From the NCBI GenBank assembly GCA_038523235.1, contig JBCBJQ010000091.1, positions 1 to 24,268 of the forward strand: DNA of 24,268 bases, given 5' to 3'. Below are positions 1 to 9,659 of this stretch, piece after piece. How positions within the stretch are numbered: the stretch's first letter is position 1; every line of letters starts with the position of its first letter. The notes below the pieces were generated by a model. The model did no database searches. It saw only the letters and a program-made list of their open reading frames with translations, and was not told the DNA's origin. The translations under genes were made by a program, and so were the position numbers. The stretch is from Cyanobacteria bacterium J06626_4. GTDB taxonomy: Bacteria > Cyanobacteriota > Cyanobacteriia > Phormidesmidales > Phormidesmidaceae.

Positions 1-105
1 ATTTTGTTGAACGAAGGTATTCGGGCCTGGATGGCTCCGACTGACCAGCCGCACGAGAAGTTTGTATTCCCTGAGGAGGTACTCCCCCGTGGTAACGCTC
101 TCTAG
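1..105 (+). CDS. psbD: Photosystem II D2 protein, 3' end (partial, runs off the left edge)
   Basis: Frame 1 translates [34 protein letters not shown], the D2 C-terminus. It overlaps the psbC start as in the usual psbDC operon. Confidence 0.97.
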   Translation: MLLNEGIRAWMAPTDQPHEKFVFPEEVLPRGNAL

Positions 106-1471
106 TAACTCCTACATCGGTGGGCGCGACCAACAATCTTCAGGCTTCGCCTGGTGGTCTGGTAACGCTCGCTTGATTAATGTCTCTGGCAAACTGCTGG
201 GTGCCCACGTGGCCCACGCTGGTTTGATTGTTTTCTGGGCGGGTGCCATGACCTTGTTTGAGGTCGCGCACTTTGTTCCCGAGAAGCCTTTGTATGAGCA
301 AGGCTTCATTCTGCTGCCTCACCTAGCCACTTTGGGCTGGGGTGTCGGCCCTGGTGGTGAAGTGATCAATACGTTCCCCTACTTCGTAGTCGGCGTGCTG
401 CACATCATCTCCTCTGCTGTTTTGGGCTTGGGTGGTATCTACCACGCTATTCGCGGCCCTGAAACATTGGAAGAGTATTCTTCTTTCTTTGGCTACGACT
501 GGAAAGACAAGAACCAAATGACCAACATCATCGGGTATCACCTGATTTTGCTGGGCTGTGGTGCTCTGTTGTTGGTGTTCAAAGCGACCTTCTTTGGCGG
601 CGTTTATGATACTTGGGCTCCCGGCGGTGGGGCCGTTCGAGTGATCACAAACCCGACCTTGAATCCGCTCAGCATCTTCGGCTATGTCGTAGGGTCTCCG
701 TTTGGTGGCGATGGCTGGATCATCGGCGTCGACAACATGGAAGACATCATCGGTGGCCACATCTGGATCGGTCTGATGTGCATCAGCGGTGGTGTTTGGC
801 ACATTTTGACCAAGCCGTTTGGTTGGGCTCGCCGGGCTTTTGTCTGGTCAGGTGAAGCTTACCTGTCTTACAGCTTGGGCGCGTTGTCGCTCATGGGTCT
901 GATTGCTTCTTGTTACGTTTGGTTCAACAACACTGCTTATCCCAGTGAGTTTTATGGCCCGACTAGCTCTGAGGCCTCTCAAGCCCAAGCCATGACCTTT
1001 ATGGTGCGTGACTTGCGTTTGGGTGCCAACATTGGTGCTGCTCAAGGCCCGACTGGTCTAGGTAAGTACCTGATGCGTTCGCCTACCGGTGAGATCATCT
1101 TCGGTGGTGAGACCATGCGTTTTTGGGACTTCCGGGGTCCTTGGTTGGAGCCGCTACGGGGCACCAACGGTCTTGATCTCGACAAGATGAAGAACGACAT
1201 TCAAGATTGGCAAGTCCGCCGCGCTGCCGAGTATATGACTCACGCGCCGTTGGCTTCGATCAACTCTGTGGGCGGCGTGATCACTGAGATCAACTCGGTG
1301 AACTACGTGAACCCGCGTCAATGGTTGGCTGCTTCTCACTTCATCCTAGGCTTCTTCTTCCTAATTGGTCACCTCTGGCACGCCGGTCGTGCTCGGGCGG
1401 CTGAAGCAGGGTTTGAGAAAGGAATTGATCGTGAGACTGAGCCCGTGCTCGCAATGGGCGATCTCGATTAA
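89..1471 (+). CDS. psbC: Photosystem II CP43 reaction centre antenna protein
   Basis: Motifs [30 protein letters not shown] and [11 protein letters not shown]. The start is set at GTG 89, downstream of SD GAGGAGG (73-79), giving a 17-nt overlap with psbD. The ORF-track start at 62 is not used. Confidence 0.98.
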   Translation: MVTLSSNSYIGGRDQQSSGFAWWSGNARLINVSGKLLGAHVAHAGLIVFWAGAMTLFEVAHFVPEKPLYEQGFILLPHLATLGWGVGPGGEVINTFPYFVVGVLHIISSAVLGLGGIYHAIRGPETLEEYSSFFGYDWKDKNQMTNIIGYHLILLGCGALLLVFKATFFGGVYDTWAPGGGAVRVITNPTLNPLSIFGYVVGSPFGGDGWIIGVDNMEDIIGGHIWIGLMCISGGVWHILTKPFGWARRAFVWSGEAYLSYSLGALSLMGLIASCYVWFNNTAYPSEFYGPTSSEASQAQAMTFMVRDLRLGANIGAAQGPTGLGKYLMRSPTGEIIFGGETMRFWDFRGPWLEPLRGTNGLDLDKMKNDIQDWQVRRAAEYMTHAPLASINSVGGVITEINSVNYVNPRQWLAASHFILGFFFLIGHLWHAGRARAAEAGFEKGIDRETEPVLAMGDLD

Positions 1472-1510
1472 GCCTTACACAGGTTTAATATCTGAGTTCG
1501 CAATTTGAAT

Positions 1511-1552
1511 CAATCGGCCTCTGTGGAAACTCACAGGGGCCGATTGGTTTTT
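1511..1552 (+). terminator. Intrinsic terminator after psbC
   Basis: 15-bp stem CAATCGGCCTCTGTG / CACAGGGGCCGATTG (one G-U), loop GAAACT, followed by GTTTTT. Confidence 0.85.
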
Positions 1553-1656
1553 ATCGGCTGTTGCTGGTCTCATTTCGGAGGTTGCAAAAACTTCCATAGC
1601 ACAATAGCGGAGCACTCGGCTAAGGGTGCAGGTCTAAAGACACTTTTGCTAAGCGT

Positions 1657-1854
1657 TCACTGTCCAGAGCCAGACAACCAGTTTTGTAAGTTTTCCCAGA
1701 GAGCCTGCGGCCCAATGCCGAAAATAAGCTGCAGCGCCAGCAAAATCAGCGCCACCAGAAGTGCCGTTCTAAAGGTGGCTCGCATCACCTTGATCAGCCA
1801 GGTGAATACCAAAAAAGCCACGACAATGGCGACAATAACGATCGCAATTTCCAT
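1657..1854 (-). CDS. Small hypothetical membrane protein (65 aa, two hydrophobic helices)
   Basis: ATG lies 7 nt after the dxr stop, with SD-like GAGG spanning the dxr stop. Two hydrophobic segments flank a basic loop (KVMRATFR). Confidence 0.8.
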   Translation of the reverse strand: MEIAIVIVAIVVAFLVFTWLIKVMRATFRTALLVALILLALQLIFGIGPQALWENLQNWLSGSGQ

Positions 1855-1861
1855 GGATGCA

Positions 1862-3055
1862 CTACCTCAGTGAAACCGCGACTGATTTACCCAACGTGGT
1901 GCTTACCTCTAACACCTGAGCCCTCGCCCACTGATCTACGGTCAAGATGTCTTCTAGTACCGGGTTGGCTTTGAGGTCATTGCGGTGGCGATCACAGACT
2001 TGCTCAATCACCTGGGGAATTTCTAAATAGCTAATTTTCTCGTCTAGAAATAGGGCAACAGCCTGCTCATTAGCAGCATTCAAAACGGCGGTCATGGTGC
2101 CACCGGCTCGACCGGCAGCGTAGGCGATTTCCATGCAAGGATATTTGGCGTGATCGGGTGCTTGGAAAGTGAGGTCACCAGCCTTGACCAGATCCAGGGG
2201 CTCCCAATCGGTATAAATGCGCTCCGGCCAAGAGATCGCATACAGCAGCGGTAACCGCATATCGGGCCATCCCAGCTGCGCCAGTACCGACGTATCTTGT
2301 AGCTCAATCAGGGAGTGAATGATGCTTTGGGGGTGGATAACGATGTCAATATCGTCGTAATCCATGCCAAACAAATAGTGGGCTTCAATCACTTCTAGCC
2401 CTTTGTTCATCAGCGTCGCCGAATCTACCGTGATTTTGCGGCCCATGCTCCAGTTGGGATGCTTCAGCGCATCGGCGACGGTCACCTGGGGCAGCTGCTC
2501 GGTGGGCCAATCGCGAAAAGCACCTCCCGAAGCCGTCAAAATGATGCGTCGTAACCCGCGATCGGGCACTCCTTGTAGACATTGAAAAATCGCCGAATGT
2601 TCTGAGTCTGCCGGGAGGAGCTTGACGCCGTGCTTCTCAACTAAGGGCAAGACCACTGGCCCGCCTGCGATCAGGGTTTCTTTATTGGCCAGGGCAATAT
2701 CTTTGCCTGCCTCAATGGCCGCGAGGGTCGGCAACAGCCCCGCACAGCCGACAATGCCGGTAATGACCGCTTCGGCATCTCCGTAGCGAGCCACTTCGAC
2801 CACGCCTTCATGACCCGCGAGAATTTGGGGCTGTGGTGCGATATCGGCGATCGCCGCTTTCAGCTCTGCGAGCTTGCTTTCGTTGCAGATCGCGACGATC
2901 TCCGGGTTAAACTGTCGCACCTGCTGAGCCAATAACTCGACGTTGTTGCCGGCGGCGATCCCCACTAGGCGAAAATCTTCGGGATGCGATTGCAGAATGT
3001 CCAAGGTTTGCGTACCAATGGAGCCAGTGGAGCCCAGCAGAGTGATCGCTTTCAC
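1862..3055 (-). CDS. dxr: 1-deoxy-D-xylulose 5-phosphate reductoisomerase
   Basis: Motifs [55 protein letters not shown] and NAANE. GTG start. Confidence 0.98.
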   Translation of the reverse strand: MKAITLLGSTGSIGTQTLDILQSHPEDFRLVGIAAGNNVELLAQQVRQFNPEIVAICNESKLAELKAAIADIAPQPQILAGHEGVVEVARYGDAEAVITGIVGCAGLLPTLAAIEAGKDIALANKETLIAGGPVVLPLVEKHGVKLLPADSEHSAIFQCLQGVPDRGLRRIILTASGGAFRDWPTEQLPQVTVADALKHPNWSMGRKITVDSATLMNKGLEVIEAHYLFGMDYDDIDIVIHPQSIIHSLIELQDTSVLAQLGWPDMRLPLLYAISWPERIYTDWEPLDLVKAGDLTFQAPDHAKYPCMEIAYAAGRAGGTMTAVLNAANEQAVALFLDEKISYLEIPQVIEQVCDRHRNDLKANPVLEDILTVDQWARAQVLEVSTTLGKSVAVSLR

Positions 3056-3199
3056 GGTGTTACCAAAGTGCAGGTCTTCTCTAATTTACAATTTCGTGGC
3101 CGCTGCTCCTACATTCGCCCGTGAACCCGATCGCTGAGGGCAAGGCATGCCAGCAGTCGGCTCCCTAGAATGCGTATTCACTCCCGACCTCTGACGCTT

Positions 3200-4525
3200 T
3201 CACTCCTTGGCCCATGCCAACTCTCCCATCACGTAGGTCGCCGCAACGGTGCGATCATCGCCCATGATGACCAGGGAAAAAGCTAGTTCCGTCAGCGCTT
3301 CCAGGGTGGAAGCCGTGGGCTCCGGATTCCGTAAGGTCATTAACGGCGTCGCTTGCGGATCTAGCACCACAAAGTCGGCTTCTTTGCCCGGCTCAAAACT
3401 GCCCAGAATATCCCCTAGCGCCAAGGCTCTAGCCCCACCCAAGGTCGCCAAAAACAGCGCCTTGAACGGGGATAATTTTTGGTGGCGCAGCTGGGCGACT
3501 TTATAGGCTTCGCTGGTGGTTTGCAGCATCGAAAAGCTAGTGCCGGCTCCCACATCCGTGCCCAAACCGACTTTGACGGGATAATCACGCGACTTCGCCT
3601 GCTCAATTTTGAACAGACCGCTGCCGAGGAAGAGGTTTGAGGTGGGGCAAAAGGCGATCGCGGCCTCGGCCTCTGACAACCGGGCAAACTCGGCTTCCGT
3701 GAGCTGTACACCGTGGGCAAATACCGATTTAGCCTGCACCAAGCCAGCCTGATCGTAGGTGTCTAGATAGCCCTGGCGATCAGGAAACAGTTCTTTGACC
3801 AGGGCAACCTCATCCACGTTTTCTGACAGGTGTGTGTGCAGGTAAACATCGGGATATTCTGCTAACAGTTTTCCCGCCAGCTGCAGCTGCTCTGGCGTTG
3901 AGGTGACCGCAAAGCGGGGCGTCACCGCGTAGAGCAGGCGACCCTTTTGATGCCATTTTTCAATCAGCGCTTTAGTTTCTTGGTAGGAAGAAGCGGCCGT
4001 GTCGCACAACTCGTCGGGGGCGTTACGATCCATCATGACTTTGCCCGAAATCATTCTGAGGTTGCGAGCGTGAGCCGCTTCAAAAAACGCGTCGGCAGAT
4101 TGAGGAAAGACGGCCGCGAAAACCAATGCTGTGGTCGTACCGTTCCGCAATAATTCATCTAAAAACAGGTCGGCTACTTCACGGGCATAGTCTTTGTCTT
4201 GAAACTTGCGCTCCGTCGGAAACGTGTATTTATGCAGCCATTCCAACAGTTGTTCGCCATAGGCCGCCATCATCGTCGTTTGGGGAAAATGGATGTGGGT
4301 GTCGATGAATCCGGGCAGAATTAGGCGATCACGGTAAACCGTTGTAGGTACGTTGGCATACTGGTCTCGCAGATCAGCATAAGCGCCAAAATCGTGAACC
4401 TTGCCTGCAGCATTTAGCACCAGCAGACCATCGGAAAAATAGCGCACGCTCTCCGCTTCGGGCACAAAAAAAGGGTCATCTAAAAAGTCTAAAAAAGCAC
4501 TGCGAACAGCCTTCATAATCGGCAT
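3200..4525 (-). CDS. guaD: Guanine deaminase (amidohydrolase superfamily)
   Basis: Motifs PGFIDTHIHFPQ, LLEWL..YTFPTE, YAVTPRFA, HTHLSEN, CPTSNLFLGSG and GTDVGAG. The start may be at 4525 or 4516. Confidence 0.95.
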   Translation of the reverse strand: MPIMKAVRSAFLDFLDDPFFVPEAESVRYFSDGLLVLNAAGKVHDFGAYADLRDQYANVPTTVYRDRLILPGFIDTHIHFPQTTMMAAYGEQLLEWLHKYTFPTERKFQDKDYAREVADLFLDELLRNGTTTALVFAAVFPQSADAFFEAAHARNLRMISGKVMMDRNAPDELCDTAASSYQETKALIEKWHQKGRLLYAVTPRFAVTSTPEQLQLAGKLLAEYPDVYLHTHLSENVDEVALVKELFPDRQGYLDTYDQAGLVQAKSVFAHGVQLTEAEFARLSEAEAAIAFCPTSNLFLGSGLFKIEQAKSRDYPVKVGLGTDVGAGTSFSMLQTTSEAYKVAQLRHQKLSPFKALFLATLGGARALALGDILGSFEPGKEADFVVLDPQATPLMTLRNPEPTASTLEALTELAFSLVIMGDDRTVAATYVMGELAWAKE

Positions 4526-5163
4526 TTTATGAGGTTTCCTTAGATCGAAAATCTAAACCCAAATTTCGACCAGCAGCGAAACTGCCTGTTTAAGAATCTC
4601 TTTTGGGCGATTGATACGGCAGAAAGGCTGGGGTGATTTCGTCAACTTGGCACTATGGCGATTTTGGGCGTGGCTCAATAACAGTCTGATTGTGCCCTCC
4701 TGCGCGCCCCAAGCCTGAGGGAAACTGATGCTTGCCGTCCCTCAGCATTAGCGGTTAAGGAGGGGCGGCAAGATCTCGCGATTTGCTTCATTCATCCCTT
4801 GAACTAAGCAATGCCCTCTACGAGTGGACAACAGGGTCAGATGCACTCAGGCAAAACTGGGATGCACTCCATGGTCTTTGAGGAGATTACCCTATTTTTG
4901 TGGAAGACAAATGCTGGGTTTTAGACGCATCCCTGCCTTGCCTCAATCGAGACGGTTCAAGAGACGGATGGGAAACCCTGATGCCAGCTGTCGGGGCAAG
5001 GCGAACGTTTATTTGCTCATCCCACTGGCTTCGCGGATGCAGTCTTTACTGGCTGCGGGACTCTGCTCTAGCCGTTCCGGTTCAGGTCATGCCTTTGAGG
5101 AACGTGCTGCTCGACCCGGCAAGTTTTACGATAGGGTCATAGCTCTGACACAAGGACGCTCCC

Positions 5164-6111
5164 GTGGGAAAGCAAACGCCTCGTCTCGTGATAGCGGTTC
5201 TCATCATTTGCGGCCTCGTCATTTTGGCGCTGCAGAATGCTTCTCCGGCGCTCGCCCTTGTCTTTCTCGGAGTCGAAAGCCTCACGCTGCCGTTAGGGGT
5301 TTGGCTGAGCGGCGCGATCGCCCTCGGGGCGCTAACAGCGATTGCCCTGATGGCCGTATCGACCGGGGGCGGCCCCTCGGTGAGTCGTGGCAATCGCGGC
5401 CGCTGGACGGTGCATCCTAATGCGACTCCTCCCCAACGGGACAGAAATCCAGACCCGGCGGATCGGATGGCTCAGGAGCGTCCCCCCCGTCGCTGGACCG
5501 CCCCCGAGCCGACGCCTCCACCCCGCACGTCTCAACCGCCCACCTCAGGCCGGACATCACGATCAACCGCCCCGGTGGGCACCACCGCTGCCGCTGAAGA
5601 TTGGCAAACCTGGGAGCAGCGATCGCCCCCTAGCCAGTGGGATGATTGGTCACAGGCAAACGGTAACCCCGCCGACGAACCGCTCTCTAAACGTCAGCGC
5701 CAGGATCGCCAAAAAGCCACAACGACCATTCAAGATTTGGAAAAAGGCTGGGATGATTCGGCCCAAGATACGGTTTACGTCGCCCCTGGCGGCAGCCAGG
5801 TCGAAGATGTGCTGGACGACATTGCTGACGGCTGGGAGGACTGGGATGCAGAAGATAATCCCCTGGCCGACACCGCCTATGCCCAGCGCTACGAAGGAGA
5901 GGCCCGCCAAGCGCGACGCGATGCCATCTACGCGCCGCCTGATGATGCCGATGGCGGTGGGCAAGATTGGCAAAACGAGCCCGCAAATCCGTCTCCTCCG
6001 ACGGCTAACTCAGAGGATGAAGCAAACGTTTATGATGCCGACTATCGAGTCATCATTCCGCCTTACCAGCCCTTGGATGAGTCTGAATCTGAAGGCGATC
6101 GCCCGGCCTAA
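5164..6111 (+). CDS. LapA/DUF1049-like membrane protein with a long disordered acidic tail
   Basis: N-terminal TM-LQN..ALALVFLG..LPLGVW-TM pattern typical of LapA-like domains, a Pro/Asp/Trp-rich tail, and C-terminal YDADYRVIIPP. Confidence 0.75.
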   Translation: MGKQTPRLVIAVLIICGLVILALQNASPALALVFLGVESLTLPLGVWLSGAIALGALTAIALMAVSTGGGPSVSRGNRGRWTVHPNATPPQRDRNPDPADRMAQERPPRRWTAPEPTPPPRTSQPPTSGRTSRSTAPVGTTAAAEDWQTWEQRSPPSQWDDWSQANGNPADEPLSKRQRQDRQKATTTIQDLEKGWDDSAQDTVYVAPGGSQVEDVLDDIADGWEDWDAEDNPLADTAYAQRYEGEARQARRDAIYAPPDDADGGGQDWQNEPANPSPPTANSEDEANVYDADYRVIIPPYQPLDESESEGDRPA

Positions 6112-6202
6112 ACTCAGGCCCGATTAAAAACTCCAGTGCGGCCTCGGGGCGGGGTTTAATTTCTGATACGGTAAGGCCATTCCTTAACCGTTTCTCCGCA
6201 TC

Positions 6203-6781
6203 ATGTCAGACGCATCAACCCTAGATCTGTTGAGAGGTGCCAACCTCTATCTGGTGGGCATGATGGGCGCCGGCAAATCGACCTTGGGTCGGCTCATGGC
6301 GGAGCGCTTAGGCTACCGCTGCTTTGACACCGATGCCGTCGTTGAGCAAGCCGCTGGTCAAACCATTGCCGAACTCTTTGCGACGGCGGGCGAAGCCTCG
6401 TTTCGCGATACGGAGAGCCAGGTGCTGGAGCAGCTCTCCCCCTACACCCGGCTGGTGGTCTCAACCGGCGGCGGCATTGTGCTGCGTCAACAAAACTGGT
6501 GGCATCTGCGTCAAGGCGTCGTGGTCTGGGTGGATACGCCACTGGAAGAACTGCAGCGACGCCTGCAGCGCGATCAGCGGCGGCCCCTGTTGCAGCGGCC
6601 CGACTGGCAGCCGTATTTGGCCAATTTGTTGGCGGCGCGACGATCGCGCTATGCCGAAGCCGATATTCAACTCACCATCTCCAGTGGCGAATCAGCCTCA
6701 GCGGCCTGCGATCGCCTGGTCGAGCTGCTCCGAGACCGTATTTTGCCGCCGCCTTCAGTCTCCGCACCGATAGACGGTTGA
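6203..6781 (+). CDS. aroK: Shikimate kinase
   Basis: Walker [30 protein letters not shown] and RPLL. Confidence 0.95.
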   Translation: MSDASTLDLLRGANLYLVGMMGAGKSTLGRLMAERLGYRCFDTDAVVEQAAGQTIAELFATAGEASFRDTESQVLEQLSPYTRLVVSTGGGIVLRQQNWWHLRQGVVVWVDTPLEELQRRLQRDQRRPLLQRPDWQPYLANLLAARRSRYAEADIQLTISSGESASAACDRLVELLRDRILPPPSVSAPIDG

Positions 6782-6830
6782 TCCGCACGAGACGGTTGAT
6801 ACACTACGAAAGCTGTTGCTGCCTGGGATC

Positions 6831-7733
6831 ATGACCAACCGCCCCGACACCCCTGATGGAATTCTCGAAACCGACGTGGATCGCGTCCGGATTCTCAGTG
6901 AGGCTCTGCCCTGGATTCAGCAGTTTAGAGGGCGCACGGTAGTGGTGAAATATGGCGGTGCCGCCATGAAAGACACTCTGCTCAAGGCCGGGGTGGTGCG
7001 CGATATCGTCTTTATGGCCTGTGTGGGTATGCGGCCTGTTGTGGTGCATGGGGGCGGCCCAGAAATCAACACCTGGCTCACTAAGCTGAACATTGAGCCC
7101 CAGTTCAAAGATGGGTTGCGGGTCACGGATGCGGCCACGATGGACGTGGTGGAAATGGTGCTGGTCGGACGCGTGAATAAAGAACTCGTTTCTATGATTA
7201 ACCAGGCTGGGGGTGCAGCCGTGGGGCTCTGCGGCAAAGACGGCAATTTAATTACGGCGCGCTCTCAGGGCGATGCTGACGTGGGTTTTGTGGGCGATGT
7301 GACCAATATTGAACCAGGTCTGGTCAAAGCGCTGGTCGAAGATGGTTACATTCCAGTCATCTCCAGCGTTGCGTCGGATGACACGGGGCAAGCCTACAAC
7401 ATCAACGCCGACACCGTGGCGGGGGAACTCGCGGCTGCCCTCAATGCGGAAAAGCTGATCCTGCTGACCGATACCCGCGGCATTCTGCGCGATCATCACG
7501 ACCCCAACACGCTGATTCCCAAACTCGATATCAACATGGCCCGACAGCTAATTGAGGAAGGTGTCGTGGCAGGGGGCATGATTCCTAAGGTTAAGTGCTG
7601 TGTGCGATCGCTGGCTCAAGGTGTCGGCGCCACCCACATTCTCGACGGTCGCATCAACCATGCCCTGCTGCTCGAAATTTTCAGCGATACCGGTATTGGT
7701 TCCATGCTGGTTGCCTCTCAATTTTCCCAGTAG
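6831..7733 (+). CDS. argB: Acetylglutamate kinase
   Basis: Motifs [35 protein letters not shown] and GGMIPKV. ATG 6831 is preferred over the ORF-track start at 6816. Confidence 0.97.
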   Translation: MTNRPDTPDGILETDVDRVRILSEALPWIQQFRGRTVVVKYGGAAMKDTLLKAGVVRDIVFMACVGMRPVVVHGGGPEINTWLTKLNIEPQFKDGLRVTDAATMDVVEMVLVGRVNKELVSMINQAGGAAVGLCGKDGNLITARSQGDADVGFVGDVTNIEPGLVKALVEDGYIPVISSVASDDTGQAYNINADTVAGELAAALNAEKLILLTDTRGILRDHHDPNTLIPKLDINMARQLIEEGVVAGGMIPKVKCCVRSLAQGVGATHILDGRINHALLLEIFSDTGIGSMLVASQFSQ

Positions 7734-7803
7734 TTCTGCTCAAGCCCCTTACCCCCGTTGGTGTAAACAGAATGGCAGAGACTCTGTAGAGGGAGAACGC
7801 ACC

Positions 7804-7832
7804 AAAAAAAGGACGCGATCGCTCACGTCCTT
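7804..7832 (-). terminator. Intrinsic terminator of ilvC (convergent with argB)
   Basis: On the minus strand: AAGGACGTGA-GCGA-TCGCGTCCTT, a 10-bp stem with a GNRA loop, running into a T7 tract. Confidence 0.85.
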
Positions 7833-7874
7833 CTCTCACAACTATTCCGGCTTTAGAAAGGTATTTTCAGCGTT

Positions 7875-8870
7875 CTAGACCTTTTTCAGCCAGCTAAACA
7901 TGGCTCGCAGATCCTTACCGACTTCTTCGATCGGGTGCTCGGCTTCGCGGCGGCGCATGGCGGTAAAGCCCGCATTGCCCGACTGACTTTCCAGCACAAA
8001 CTCACGGGCAAACTGCCCCGTTTGAATTTCCTTCAAGATTTTTTTCATCTCAGCGCGGGTGTCGTCGGTAATGATGCGGGGGCCGCGCGTGTAGTCGCCA
8101 TATTCTGCCGTGTTCGAGATGCTGTCGCGCATCTCTGCCAAACCGCCTTCTACCACTAAATCCACAATCAGCTTGACTTCGTGCAAACACTCAAAGTAAG
8201 CCAACTCTGGCTGATAACCAGCATTAACCAGGGTCTCAAAACCAGACTTGATGAGTTCGCTGAGGCCGCCACAGAGTACCACCTGCTCACCAAAGAGATC
8301 CGTTTCCGTCTCTTCGCGAAAGGTGGTTTCTAAAATGCCGCCGCGAGTGCCGCCAATGCCCTTGGCATAGGCCATGGCTAAATCTCGCGCCTTGCCAGTG
8401 GCATCTTGATACACTGCAAACAAGCAGGGTACGCCTTGACCTTCGGTGTAGGTGCGACGTACTAGGTGACCGGGACCTTTGGGGGCCACCATCACCACGT
8501 CAACATCGGCGGGCGGCACAATTTGACCGAAGTTGATGTTGAACCCGTGGGCAAATGAGAGGACGTTGCCCGCCTCTAAATTGGGGGCAATATCGTTGGC
8601 GTAGATTTGTTTTTGCACTTCATCGGGCAGCAAAACCATGATCCAGTCAGCGAGCTTGGCCGCATCGGCTACTGGTTTCACCGTCAGGCCTTCAGCTTCG
8701 GCCTTGGCCGTAGAGCGGCTGCCTTCGTAGAGACCCACAATCACATTCACGCCGCTATCTTTTAAGTTGAGGGCATGGGCATGCCCTTGGGAACCATAGC
8801 CAATAATGGCGACGGTTTTACCGTTGAGTAGATCGAGGTTTGCGTCGCTGTCGTAATACATGCGGGCCAT
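7875..8870 (-). CDS. ilvC: Ketol-acid reductoisomerase
   Basis: Motifs [46 protein letters not shown] and [12 protein letters not shown] at 8870 with SD AGGAGA upstream. Confidence 0.98.
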   Translation of the reverse strand: MARMYYDSDANLDLLNGKTVAIIGYGSQGHAHALNLKDSGVNVIVGLYEGSRSTAKAEAEGLTVKPVADAAKLADWIMVLLPDEVQKQIYANDIAPNLEAGNVLSFAHGFNINFGQIVPPADVDVVMVAPKGPGHLVRRTYTEGQGVPCLFAVYQDATGKARDLAMAYAKGIGGTRGGILETTFREETETDLFGEQVVLCGGLSELIKSGFETLVNAGYQPELAYFECLHEVKLIVDLVVEGGLAEMRDSISNTAEYGDYTRGPRIITDDTRAEMKKILKEIQTGQFAREFVLESQSGNAGFTAMRRREAEHPIEEVGKDLRAMFSWLKKV

Positions 8871-9356
8871 GGAAAAGTCTCCTTGCTGCCTGAACAAATC
8901 TAAGGGGGATAGGTGTGCTCCCTAGCCTGAGACAAAAGGGTGATTTTTTCCAGCGATACCCTGAATGGTTTTCATAGAAACGGCCCGCGATCGCTCATTG
9001 CTGCTCCGAAAGTTTTTGTCCTTTGCCTGAAACCTCTGATCTGAAAGCCTTTCAGCCCCTTCTCAGATTTCTCAGTAAATCGTCATCTCATATTCACAGG
9101 GATATCACAGCCAGTTCATAGGGTGGTTACAAGATTGGAAACAATCGTAAGCCCCTCGATTATTCAACTAAACTAAACTGTATAGTTTTGCTTGGTTGAA
9201 ACAGGTGTACGGATCTCTGGGGCGGATCTTACCCCAGAGCCCATAGGAGTTTTCAGGGATGATATGAGAACGCTAAAGCCGGTAGAAGCACTGATCGACC
9301 AGGAACCTGAATCCACAAAGTCACTTTATCGAGAGTCCAGATTACGCTTGTAGTAC

Positions 9357-9385
9357 TTTACGCAACGAATAAGTTGTTTTAAGAT
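9357..9385 (+). promoter_or_regulatory. Candidate sigma70-type promoter for the sigma factor gene
   Basis: TTTACG (9357-9362), 17 nt, TAAGAT (9380-9385). It would give a leader of about 270 nt. Confidence 0.45.
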
Positions 9386-9659
9386 AGAGATCCAAACTCA
9401 TAACGGTTCCGGTTTATGGTTCTCCTTGTTCTCGAGACCCGACTTCTGTAGATAGTTCACGGCAGCCAGGCAGTGACGACGAGCAAGCATATTGCTCTTG
9501 TCAGTTGCATCATTCAGGGTTCATGACAGCTGCCTGGTTACGGAGTCGGAATAACGCTTGATCTAGTCAGAGTTCAACCCCATCTCAATTGCGAGTGCAC
9601 CCTTTTCTTTCCTCTCTTTTCGAGAGGACTGCTTCAGCATCATCAGTGGAGGCGACCCA

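Noticed and set aside
62..88. ORF-track N-terminal extension of psbC (MYSLRRYSP)
   Set aside because: It lies inside psbD. The known psbC start is the GTG at 89 with its own SD, and the psbD/psbC overlap is standard.
4824..5420. ORFs 4824..5420 (198 aa) and 4900..5142 (80 aa)
   Set aside because: No recognisable motifs and an Arg/Cys/Ser-rich shadow-like composition. The longer one overlaps the LapA-like gene out of frame.
5387..6127. 246-aa alternative-frame ORF over the LapA-like gene, and similar overlapping or antisense ORFs across the window
   Set aside because: These are shadow ORFs expected in GC-rich coding DNA. They have no SD or domain signal.
9027..9055. Imperfect palindromes CTGAAA...TTTCAG (9027-9055) and TCAAAGGCTT...AAGGCTTTGA (about 14535-14561) as a repeat family or MITE ends
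   Set aside because: Only two loosely similar copies, with no target-site duplication or transposase.
9340..9600. NtcA box or CIRCE upstream of the sigma factor
   Set aside because: GTA...TAC at 9350-9361 has a 6-nt spacer, not 8. GAGTGC near 9593 lacks the matching TTAGCACTC arm.
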